Notes under the pieces: model-generated
Told to the model about the DNA's origin: nothing
What the model saw: the letters and a program-made list of their open reading frames with translations, nothing else
Databases searched by the model: none
Program-made: the position numbers and the translations under genes
Assembly (NCBI GenBank): GCA_964187785.1
Contig: OZ076414.1
Span: 11,904,001 to 11,968,000, forward strand
Length of the DNA stretch: 64,000 nucleotides
Reading direction: 5' to 3'
Origin: Amphiscolops sp. MND2022
Taxonomy: Eukaryota
Shown here: piece by piece, positions 53,479 through 64,000 of the stretch
How the letters are laid out: each line of letters opens with the position of its first letter
Numbering within the stretch: the stretch's first letter is position 1

Positions 53479-56252
53479 ATGTTCTTCCTTTTCTTTCACT
53501 CACTCTATTATTTTCTTTCTTCCCTTCTCTTGGTAGTTTCTCAAAGTACTCCATCGTCCGATCATGTAGATCCCAATGATCCTCATATTTCAGACCTTTT
53601 AGTCTCTCATTATGATTGCTCTAAACAACACAATTTAAGACAGTTTAGTCTTACTCGAGTCCAACCATGCGTTCAAGCCCCCTCTGCTTTTGAAACAACA
53701 CGCGCTATTGTAAATGTTTTTGTTCGTGCTAAAGCTAAACGCCTTCGAGCTTGGACCTGTGAAGCCTACGTAAAACGCGAAAAATTTGTTTGTGCCCAAT
53801 CTGATTACAAATATCGTCGTCATGATCGTACGGACTATCACTAAAATACCATGGAACGTCCTCGTACTGTTGATCCAACAGAATGTAAACACGCTATTCG
53901 TCATTTAAACGGAACTCATAATCCTCAACTTGATGCTTTTAATTATTCTAATTCTTTTACCTTTTTCAATGATATTCAAAAACAACGCCTTTTAGAAACA
54001 AAACAACCTCCTTTTTGTATTACTAAACTCAATACTTATCACTATGGTGCTTTTGCTTGGATCACCAATTCACAATTAGTATTAAACTCAACTCTGAAAG
54101 AAAAAGCTGTTTGCTGGGACCGCTATGAATATATTATTGAAAAAGATAGTTGGTCTCTCATCGTAAAAGAAATTGAAATTACTTATGATGACAAGGAAAA
54201 TAAACCAATATATCATGGACATACTTTACCTTGCCTCCACGACGATGGTTTCATTAAACCAGCAATATTAACACCTTTCACCATTGTTTGGTTTCCTGAA
54301 GACCTTTGTTTAATTTTCTCCATTCATTCCTTTATTGGTCGAATGTCTAAACTCAATAACCGTTGTTGGCTTGAAACTGATCATTTTTTAAATAATAATC
54401 ATTCCTCTACTGTGTCAACCAATACTCCTTATCATGATACCAAATCTCAAACACGTCTTTCTCGCTTTGAAATCTTCCCTGAAAACAAAATGTTTTGTAT
54501 TAAACCTACTCCTCTACATCTTACACAATATCCTGACCTGTTTGTAACGTACACCGAAGGTTTTAATATGCAAACTGGTAAACCTAATCCTCTTCAACTT
54601 CCACAAGACGAACAATACAACCAACTAACTACACAGTTAATATCCGGAAAATTAGTTCATACTAAAGATGAACTTCTTTTCCCTGCTCTAAATTCTTCAA
54701 ATAACTTTGCCACCATCGATTATGAAGCTCATATTAACACTAAACTTGACTATTCAATAAATCATGTATTTAAAAGCATGTCTGTTGCTGAACTTAACAC
54801 TCTTCACACTATATGTGAAGTCGAACGTACTCAACTTTTAACCATACTCGCTATGTCTGTAAAAATCCACAACTTGCTGGTTTCCTCTTAACCCAAAATC
54901 GTAGCAACTTTTTATATGTTGAAGGCTCTACTGCCTGGTTATATGACTGTCCTCATCACCTTTCACCCCTCTACATTGCTGACCAATGTTATGACAAGAT
55001 TCTTGTCAATTATCTTGATACTGTCATGTATGTAGATCCTATTACACGTCAAACTTTTGAATATGCTAACCAAATACCTTGTGAAAATAATCCTCAAAAT
55101 GTTATTTCTCTTGACCCAGACACTGATCAATATTACGTTTTAACTCCTCAACCTATTAAAAAAGATCCCCTTCTTCTTTTTGAACCAACTCAAATTCAAC
55201 CCGCTATTAGCCCGAATACTTTCACCGCTCAAGACGCTGGCATTTATTCACAAAAAGAATTAAAACATTTTTGGAATCGAGTTTTATTTACTAAACACTC
55301 TGATAATACTCTCCAGCTTCTCGGAAAAGCTATCAGCTATGAATTTATGAATCAACAATCTGACAATTCCTTTCCTAGTAATCCCTATCGATCACTCCGA
55401 ATTGGTCTTCATGACTACATGTTAAACCTGACTCCATTTTTCTCTCCTGACTGGTTTACTGATGCTTTTATAAAACTTTTTGGCTATCCATGCTATATTT
55501 TAACCCAATGTGGAATATACTTCTCTACTGCTCTTTTCCTACAATTCGCTTTCAATACACTCTTTAGTATTTACCGTTCCTTCACTGTTCGAAATCTACT
55601 TAAAAAACAAATTTCCGTAGTAACTGCCTTAGGATTTGGTTTCTTTGGCACTATTACCAAAACCATGATGACTGCTATGATTAAATCAACTCATTCATCA
55701 TCAGATTCTGACGATTCTGATTCCCCTCATTCCCCATTAGCAAAAAATAGTACCACGTCTTCCAATCCTAAACCTCGTCCTCCTAAATATCATACTAATA
55801 TTAAAACAAAACTTCTTAATTTAAAAAACAAAAATCCCATGCAAAGATTTTCACCAAACTCTTCACCTATTAAACCCCTCTCTTCCTCGGTATTTCATGC
55901 TACTCCCATTAATCCTACACAACCCCCTAACACCGAAGAATATTCACCTCCACTTCCAAATTATAATTCTCACCTTTCACCTCATAATAATCTCTCTTTA
56001 CAACACTCCCAATTACCTCCATTATCTTCTCCTCCATATTTTCATAATTCTCCTCTTCCTGATGACACTAATTGTGATAACTCTTCTACTGATTCCCCCA
56101 TTCATAATCTCTGGCAATCTAGTAAAATTTACCCTCCTACTCCGCCACCAATTAAAACTAATGACATTCCGTTAACCTCTGTCAATAATATTTTTGACCC
56201 ACCTGACAGTCCTGTCAAAGTTTATTCTTCTTCTCGCTTCCCTCCAGAATAA
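53479..56252 (+). pseudogene. env: env of D: chuvirus-G/gB-like class III fusion glycoprotein
   Basis: Signal peptide; xYDC...N...SL..V..C; AWLYDC...CYD..V...YVDP.TR....C; hydrophobic TM segments; long P/S tail. One stop (53842) and one frameshift (~54885). Confidence 0.85.
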
Positions 56253-56589
56253 TATATTTACCTTTAACTTTATTAATTCTCACTCTGAATCTTAAATACC
56301 CTAACCTAATTAAATTTACATACTAATATTGTACCTCTTTTACATAATAATTATAGTTCTTTTAAAACTACTTCCTTTTTCATTTGTCATCATTTTTGCT
56401 TTCACTCTGGTCACTCCTACTCACTTTCTCCAAACAATTTTCTTGAACTTTTCTATACATCTTACTTTCATCTAAACTCATATAATCTTTTATAAATAGA
56501 AACCGCACATTCGTATAACTTTACCCAAACGCACATTCGTATAATTTTCACCCTTTGAACTATTCAATTTTACTTTCTCTCCAAACAAA

Positions 56590-58086
56590 ATGGCCACTAT
56601 CAATCCTGATGAAGAACTTCTTTCTAGTATCGCATCTTTGTCACCCCCTCTTCCCTTAAATCTGGTACTCTTGATCTTCGTCTTGCCAATGATCCCCTTC
56701 CTCCTAATTCTAACAATACTCCAGAACCTACTGTAAATAGTAATTCCACCACTTCTCAATCTAATAAACCATCTTCTACTAATCTTAAATCTCGTCATTT
56801 TCCTACTCCACCTCCAAATAATCTTCATATTACTATTGATAATCATCCCATTCCTCCTAAAAAGAAATATAATATTCTCGAAGATCCTGTTTTCATTGAT
56901 TCTGGTATTTTACCTCCAACTCTTCACCCATTAAAAACTCCTTCTCAATCTAATACAATGACTGACGAATTCCTCCGTACTCATCCAAATTTTAAAGCTA
57001 ACCTCCCTTCATTGTACATGACCCCTACTTCTTATGAATTTCGCTTTCCTCAAGATCGTAGTTTTGACCACTATGTTGCTTATGCTTCCAAAAATCTACC
57101 ACAACTCGCCTATTGGCAAAACAATCGTGTTCGTTTCTTCCAATTTCAATTCAACCTTCTTAAACGAACCCAACATGATTTAAATACCCAATGATATAAC
57201 CACAACTCCTTCTGTTAAAAAACTTCACCATCAAACCTATCAACTTTTTCTTGAAGAAAAACACCCTCAAAACTTCATCTTCCAAAATCATAAATTTACT
57301 TCTCCATTTTCATACCATACTCACTATTCTTTGAACCACCTCTTCACTATTGGAACAATTCGTAACTATGATCCTGTCAAACAATATTTTATTCTCTCTT
57401 CCTATCATGATCCTACTCGTCCGTTATTTGTTCCTCAAGAAGCACTTAATGTCAATGATGATTTTCTACTTCCTACACACATTCCTAACGCTGTTCAAAA
57501 TTTCTTCCCAAAAATGAATAAATTAGTAGAAACGCCTCTTGATGATCATTCTCGTTCACTCTACACTGCACTAGTTCACAAACACTATTCTCTTGCACAA
57601 CTCAATTTTATTATTGCAAAACTTTCCTCTTTTATTCTTAAAAAACAATACAAATATTTCTCATTAAACGTCTCTGATGAAATCCTCCAAACTCTTCCTA
57701 AACATACTCCTCCTAATACTACGTCTGAACCTTCTCACATTACAGCAATCCCTCCTCCATCTACTTCATATGTTCTCCAAACTACCAATCCTAATGTTTG
57801 CATCAATTCCTTCTCTTGTCCAACGGACAAATTCGTATCAGAAATACTTAACCTTCTCCGTCCACATGTTGAAATTGCTCCTAATACTGATCCTTTTGTT
57901 ATTTTAAACCACATCTTTGACACCTTCCGTAATCTTCAATCTCTACTCCAACTGCACTCAACCGATATTCAAAATTTAACGCTCTCTACAATCCATGTTA
58001 ACGATTTTTTTAAAAAACTTGTTTTACTTGAAACTCCTCCTCAGTTCACTTCTCTCCAATTGGTAAACACTCTTTTTCTCTTTTAA
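56590..58086 (+). pseudogene. Accessory ORF Y of D
   Basis: ATG at 56590; PPKKKY; blocks conserved with B. Confidence 0.75.
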
Positions 58087-58704
58087 TTCCTTTTTCAAAA
58101 AATTTTTTTTCAATCGATTTAATAACAAATTTCCATCTCCTCTCTCTTATCTTTTTCGACCTCTTATCCAATTAACATATTTATTATATCTTTCACTCCT
58201 TATTAACATTTATTATCTCTCTTTCTTTCCTTTTTGACACTTCTTCCTATTGTTTCCTCTATTCTTTAACATTTTCACTTGACATTTTCACTTGTTCTTT
58301 TTTAATAAACGTTGACACTATACTCTTAATGTCTTCTAACATTATTAGCTTTTAACAATCTTTTTTCCAATTCTCTCTTTCATTTGCTTTTCCAACTCTC
58401 TCAAGATCACTACTCTCTTGAACATCAAATTCTAAGTCTTCTACTGAACATCAAAAATTCAGTCTTCATCTTTGTCACCCTTATACTATCAGGTATAATA
58501 TATCTCAAATAACTTTCAAAATTTTCAAACACAAATTCAACAAGTATTTTACACCTATTCCTTTTCTTTTTCACATCTTCATTTCCATCACATATTCCTC
58601 TTTTAGAATTAATAATTTCACCACAACACTCTCTCTATATTAAATTGCTCCACATACTATAAAAATAATCATAATACAAAATCATCAATCATTTTGTTTT
58701 AGTA

Positions 58705-59397
58705 ATGACATCTTATCCTCCTTCAACATTGGCATATCCTCTTCTCAATCAATTTCTTGACTCTTCGCTGCCATTCCCTGTTTCTTCCACTTCTTCAACA
58801 TTCACTCTTCCAACTGTTGCCACTACATCTTCATTATTCCCCATTTCTTCATCATCCGCATCACCCACTGTTGTATCTGTGACATCATCCAATGTTGCAT
58901 CTGTAACATCTGTTGTTTCACTATCACCCATTTCTTCTGTCTTCAATACTACAGCTTCAAAGACATCTGCCTCAACTACATCTCCAGTGCTTTCTTCTTC
59001 TATTTCGTCTCCAGTTTCATCAATCGAGTCTCCTTTCTTCCTCCATCCCAAAGATGCTGTTGCCACTTCCCCACATTTCCAACAAAATTCAGTCGTCCGC
59101 ATATTGACCCGTGATCTTCAACAGAAAAAACCCAAGCATCCCAGACGTCCACCGTTGCCTTCCGATGTAATTGGTAAACCTGTTCGTCGACTGGTCCACA
59201 CAGTGGTCTACAAACAAAAGTTGAACCAGTATATAGATGCACTCAAATTGTATGAAAAACACATCGATGAACTTATTGAACAAACTACTTTTGAACTGAA
59301 TAAAACTAATAAGAAAACCCCCTTCCAAATTGAGAAAATTCAAAACGCCTCAGCCCATGCAATTATCCCCTCTATCTATTCAAATCCCCTCCCATAA
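58705..59397 (+). CDS. Accessory ORF Z of D (230 aa, S/T-rich plus basic helical C-terminus)
   Basis: Intact ATG-TAA ORF in the last coding position; no homologue in the window. Confidence 0.55.
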   Translation: MTSYPPSTLAYPLLNQFLDSSLPFPVSSTSSTFTLPTVATTSSLFPISSSSASPTVVSVTSSNVASVTSVVSLSPISSVFNTTASKTSASTTSPVLSSSISSPVSSIESPFFLHPKDAVATSPHFQQNSVVRILTRDLQQKKPKHPRRPPLPSDVIGKPVRRLVHTVVYKQKLNQYIDALKLYEKHIDELIEQTTFELNKTNKKTPFQIEKIQNASAHAIIPSIYSNPLP

Positions 59398-60905
59398 TTG
59401 CTATAATCATTATAATTGTTTCTCCTATAATACTCTCCCTTGTTCACATGTTCCTGTCAACTATGCTATTCATTCAACTTTTCCTCCCCCTCCACCTTCC
59501 CCGGCCTTAATTCCCATTCGCATTGAAGCCATAACCCCCACTTTTCAACCCCCTCCCCTTTAAATGATTTGGACCCATTGGTAACTTCGTTAAATGATGT
59601 TGACTAAAGAGTCCCTGCTTAAATATTTTTTTTGAATTTTATACATACATATTTTGAACACATTCATTTTGTCTGTTTTCAAACACATACTTTACCCCCC
59701 ATGTTTTTCTTGACCCTTATAATCTCTACTTTTGTGCTATACATTCCATTTTTACTAATTCTTTCAAAATTTCCCCTCTAAAATTTCCAATTTTCTTTGC
59801 CGAAATCTGCGTGTAACTTCGGTTCTAACCAATCAGTTTTTCCAAATTCTATCTTAGCATAATGCTTTTGACCTACTTACTCTTACATGATGGAGCTTCC
59901 ATTTTTTCCCTTTTCTTAACCATTAATAAACTTTTTAAACCATAACTCCATTTTTTTATCCTTCTTCCCAAAAAAATTTTTTTTGACTTTACTCCTCTTC
60001 AACTTCAGTTCAAAACATATCTCCTTTTTAATCTTACTCCTACTAAATCACATGTTCAAACCTACTTACCTCGGTATCTAACTCTTCTTCACTTGCTTTT
60101 TGATCAACTGAATTTGCGTGATCAACAAATTTTTTCCCTTTTCTCAATTGAAAAAATACCTGCCACGTGATATAATTTTGAACACATATTGACTCATATG
60201 GCTTTGTTTTCGCTTCAACTTTGTTTTTTTCATGCCGCCCTTTTGCTTTAATATCTGACATCTCATTTTAGCTAATTAAAAAGGCCAATAAGACAAACTC
60301 TTAGTTGCCAAACAACTAAGAATCTTCGGCTTCCTGCATGAATTTCTTCGTCAATCAGGCTGTCATTTTTTGCCATATTTGACTTTTCACGTTTTCCTGC
60401 TTGTCGATCAAATCTTTCTACCGCCTCGGAAGATACTAACTCATTCGTCCTGTATAAAATTTTCATGAAATCTGAAACAATTTTGCTGAATTCGTAACAA
60501 ACATGAACATGTCGATTTTCAAAAAATTGAACTTAAAATAAAGAAAAAAATTTTTTTCTTTCCCTCTTCTTCTTTTTCTCTCTTCTCTCATGTATTCCTG
60601 ACCTATTAATTAAAGTAAATACCTTAATCCCTTGAAGATACTTTCATTTACACTAAACATCGAAAAATGCCCGTAACTCACGATTGGAAAGATATGAAGA
60701 CAACTCTATAATTAATTTTTTTTATTATTCACAAAATATATGAAGACAACTTTTCAAACGAAAACCTCTATTGCAAGATTATTAAAATCCCTCCTTTTTT
60801 CTCTTTTTAAATATATTGAACTAGACTCCAACCATTTTAATGAAACCCCAATTTCCAAGATACCTTTTAACAATAACTCCAAAAATTTTTCCTTTATCTT
60901 TTTTC

Positions 60906-60919
60906 AAAACCCGGTCGGA
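60906..60919 (+). promoter_or_regulatory. PPT-position motif AAAACCCGGTCGGA preceded by a T-tract
   Basis: Immediately 5' of the D 3' LTR; identical motif precedes the A LTR (8753-8766). Confidence 0.65.
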
Positions 60920-61225
60920 TGATATACCAGATATCTATATGTTTCTTGATTTTATATCATTCCCCCAACCTTTGTCTAGACTTTTTAACAAATGCACCTC
61001 ATTAATGTAACTGATTAATATTCTAGATGTAAACTTGATGTACCTACTATATATTCTGTACGATGCATTTTGATTTAGAACACAACTTGAATTTATTTTT
61101 CACCAACCAGTTGTCTTCGCCTAAGGCCTAATATCTGCAGCTCTATTAGTGTCTCTTAAAGTACTAACATCAAATGAACATTCCATCTCTATCCCAATAA
61201 TCCCTAAAAAAACACAAGTACTTTA
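60920..61225 (+). repeat. 3' LTR of D (306 bp)
   Basis: See 5' LTR; followed by TSD ATAC. Confidence 0.95.
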
Positions 61226-64000
61226 ATACAGAAATACTGATAGACATCGTAGCAATAGTAGAGAATATTCGCAAAACAACTATAGATCAAATTCTCGACA
61301 AAGATATTACAATCGCTCTCGAAGTCCATATAGATCTCGATTTGATAATTATTATCAACGAAGAACTCCATCTAGATCTCCATATAGATCTCCATACAGA
61401 AATAACTCAAATTACAGATATAACTCCCGCTCAAGATACAGATCTCGTTCTCAATCACAAGGAAACTCCTTTAAACGATATAACTATCCATATAGATCTC
61501 CTTCAAGACCTAGAGATTTTAGATCACGATCTAGAACACCCTCACGAAATCGACAACAAAACAGAATAAATCAAGTAGACGTTAAATCTACAAAAGACAA
61601 TGATAGTACAAAATTTGAAAACCACACCTGTCAAACAACTGAAATCGCTAATACAATTACTCCTTATAGTTAGTTTTATCCACCATATGTTCATGCTTCT
61701 GAAACAAAATTAGAAATCTTTTTCCTCTTAGATACTGGAGCATCCATATCTGTTTTGAATTTACCAACATTTCATGTGATTTCCAAACAATGTTCCAACC
61801 AATCTTCAAAACAAAAGAGCCAAAACTCTTACAGTTGCAAACCAAACTGAAGTACCAATAATACACTATATTTCGATAACCTGTTTTACTGAAGTAAACC
61901 ATCAAACGCGATCCTTCAATATCGATTTCGCTGTAGCCAATATCAAATGCAACATTCTTGGGACACCCTTTTTCAAAAAACACATTCAAAATATCGATTT
62001 TCAACAAAATATTATGACTTACATAGAACAACATCCAAAGCTTTCAACAAAAACAACTTTTTCCACCTTTACAGAAAAAGATTACCCATAAATTTCTTAC
62101 ATTTATACTATTAAATGTAAAGAACCAATTCACTTTAAACCCAGGTCAGGAAAAACCATACATTTCCCAATTAAAAATAATTCAAATCTACATTTTGAAC
62201 TTGAAGATAATACAAAATTTTATCCAACAAACCCATATACATATTTCCTACAAAAATTCAAAGATATTTTTCATTTCTTGGATATGATAGTTAATAAAAA
62301 AAGCAAAGACTATTCCGCAACCATAATTCAAAACTTTACATCTTACCCAGCTACATTGCCACCAGGAATCATTGGATACATAGAAATCCCTATTACTCAA
62401 ACAACTCCTCCTCACTATAGAGTTAATGATGTAAATTCACTTATTCACTCTGTAATACATGCGTATCATCCTGATACCACAACTCCAATTAAACAAAATC
62501 CATATGCAGATATGAACTTATGTACTAAGGTAACAAAATTACAATTAGAAATTAACAAAATAGAAATCAACGACAAAACACTTCAACTTCCTATACCTTC
62601 TGTTACTGAAAATCTTCGACCCTCCGAGAAAATTCGAAAAGATTTTCCTCCATTACCATATTCTACAGAAAACCAACAATTCATAAAAAAGTTTAACTTT
62701 GAATACTCAGATCTAACCGATACAGAATATGCAAAACTCTGCAATATTTTGATTGATAATCAGAATTGTTAGGCCAAACATAAGAACGACGTAGGAAAAA
62801 TTTCCACTCCCTTCCGAATTAGAATAAAAGATAACTGTAAACTTCAAACACAAAGACCTTCTAAAGTACCAATTCACTACAGAGATAGACTGAAAAAACT
62901 TTTACTAGAACTCGAAAAATACAATATAATAAAACAAATTGGTTCCGCCTCAGATGAAAAACACACAATTGGAACAACATTTTTAAATCCTTTAATTATC
63001 ATCCCCAAAGGAGACGCAATAAAAGTTGTCTTAGACGCAAGACATTTAAACTCAAACACCAACCAAGAACTTGAATCTTGGCCTATTGAACCTTTAGGTC
63101 CTCAATTAGCTAGAGCCAAAAAAAAATATAAATCAACTATTGATCTAATGTATGCCTATGCTCATACACCATTAGATGAAGAAACAATCAAACTTACAGG
63201 ATTTTCATCCGGTGACAAACTATACGCCTTTATCCGTGGGTTTTACGGATTAAAGGGACTTCCAAACTTGTCCACAAAACAAATGTCAACTTTCTTTAGA
63301 TCACTTATAGACAAACGTTCTGCGTTAGTGTTTATAGATGATATTTTACTACTCGCAAATGAAAAACAAGAAATGGTTGAACTTATAAAAGAACTACATA
63401 AAATAGCATCTCGAGAAAATCTCAAACTTGCACCCGAAAAATCATTCTACATGTTACTCAAAGAAAAATCCTTGGACACGAAATTGGCAACAACACAATC
63501 AAACCAATTCCATCCAAAATTGACGCCAATAAAAGAATTCCATCACCAAAAGAAAAGAACGATGTTATGCAATTTCTTGGCAGTGTTAACTTCTATTCAA
63601 AATTCATTGAAAAACTTCATATAAACCTTAAACCATTGTAGACATTACTACATGATGATGTTAAATTCCAATGGACACCTGAATTAGAAAAAATGTTTCA
63701 AAATGTAAAAAATGCAATGACAGCAGACACTGAATTAACCATACCCAATACAACGCATCTATTTTTCATAACAGTAGACGCTTCGTTAGTTGGTTTAGGC
63801 GCAGTCTTAGTCCAAATGAACGAAGAAAATAAAATGAAAGTAATTTCTTATAACTCCAGAATTCTTAACACACAAGAACAAAAACTTTCAACTTTAGACA
63901 GAGAACTTCTCGCAATAGTTTACGCATTACAAAGATATGAATTTTTGATCATTGGATCTCCTCATCCCATATACATCCTCACAGATCACAAACCTCTACT
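61226..64000 (+). pseudogene. pol: C resumed: RS-rich Gag tail, PR (LDTGAS), RT, start of RNase H
   Basis: Open frame 61227-61670 (RSRSPY repeats); DTG at 61731; IDLMYAYAH; FIDD; VDAS. Confidence 0.95.

Larger units (their letters stand above)
42591..61225 (+). mobile_element. Copy D: full-length 18,635-bp env-bearing LTR retrotransposon / endogenous virus
   Basis: LTR pair, TSD ATAC (42587-90 / 61226-29), PBS, complete gene set. Confidence 0.95.
37630..64000 (+). mobile_element. Copy C: gypsy-family element interrupted by D (C = ~37630-42590 plus 61226-64000; runs off the window)
   Basis: gag frame continuous across the D insertion; pol continues to the window end. Confidence 0.9.

Noticed and set aside
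58749-59343. Minus-strand ORFs over ORF Z
   Set aside because: Antisense shadows of a low-complexity S/T-rich ORF.
1-64000. Host genes or host identification
   Set aside because: All recognisable coding sequence is transposon-derived; the species cannot be established from this window.

Overview
Eukaryotic, AT-rich window made almost entirely of nested LTR retrotransposons. No host gene, rRNA, tRNA or CRISPR array is evident. Four related copies (A-D, all on the + strand, G-poor sense strand) belong to one unusually large, env-bearing Ty3/gypsy-type family. Copy D (42591-61225, 18,635 bp) is complete, with ~97% identical LTRs and an ATAC target-site duplication. It sits inside the gag of copy C, whose frame resumes exactly after D. 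The family plan is LTR - shared PBS (TGGTGCGAC) - tandem structured-RNA hairpin array - small membrane uORF - very long Gag (novel N-terminal domain, CCHC knuckle, RS-rich tail) in frame with PR-RT-RH-INT - accessory ORF X - chuvirus/gB-like (class III) envelope glycoprotein with a PPxY tail - accessory ORFs Y and Z - non-purine 'PPT' - LTR. A fifth, unrelated, ~50% GC gypsy element (E, minus strand, ~9125-22645) carries a TARG1-like macrodomain ORF and an SGNH-like ORF after integrase. A DINE-1/HINE-like non-autonomous Helentron interrupts A's RT, and a Tc1/IS630 deletion derivative interrupts E's 5' LTR. All long ORFs carry stops or frameshifts. Homology calls come from motif recognition by eye, not from database searches. 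The letters A-E and X/Y/Z are my own labels.
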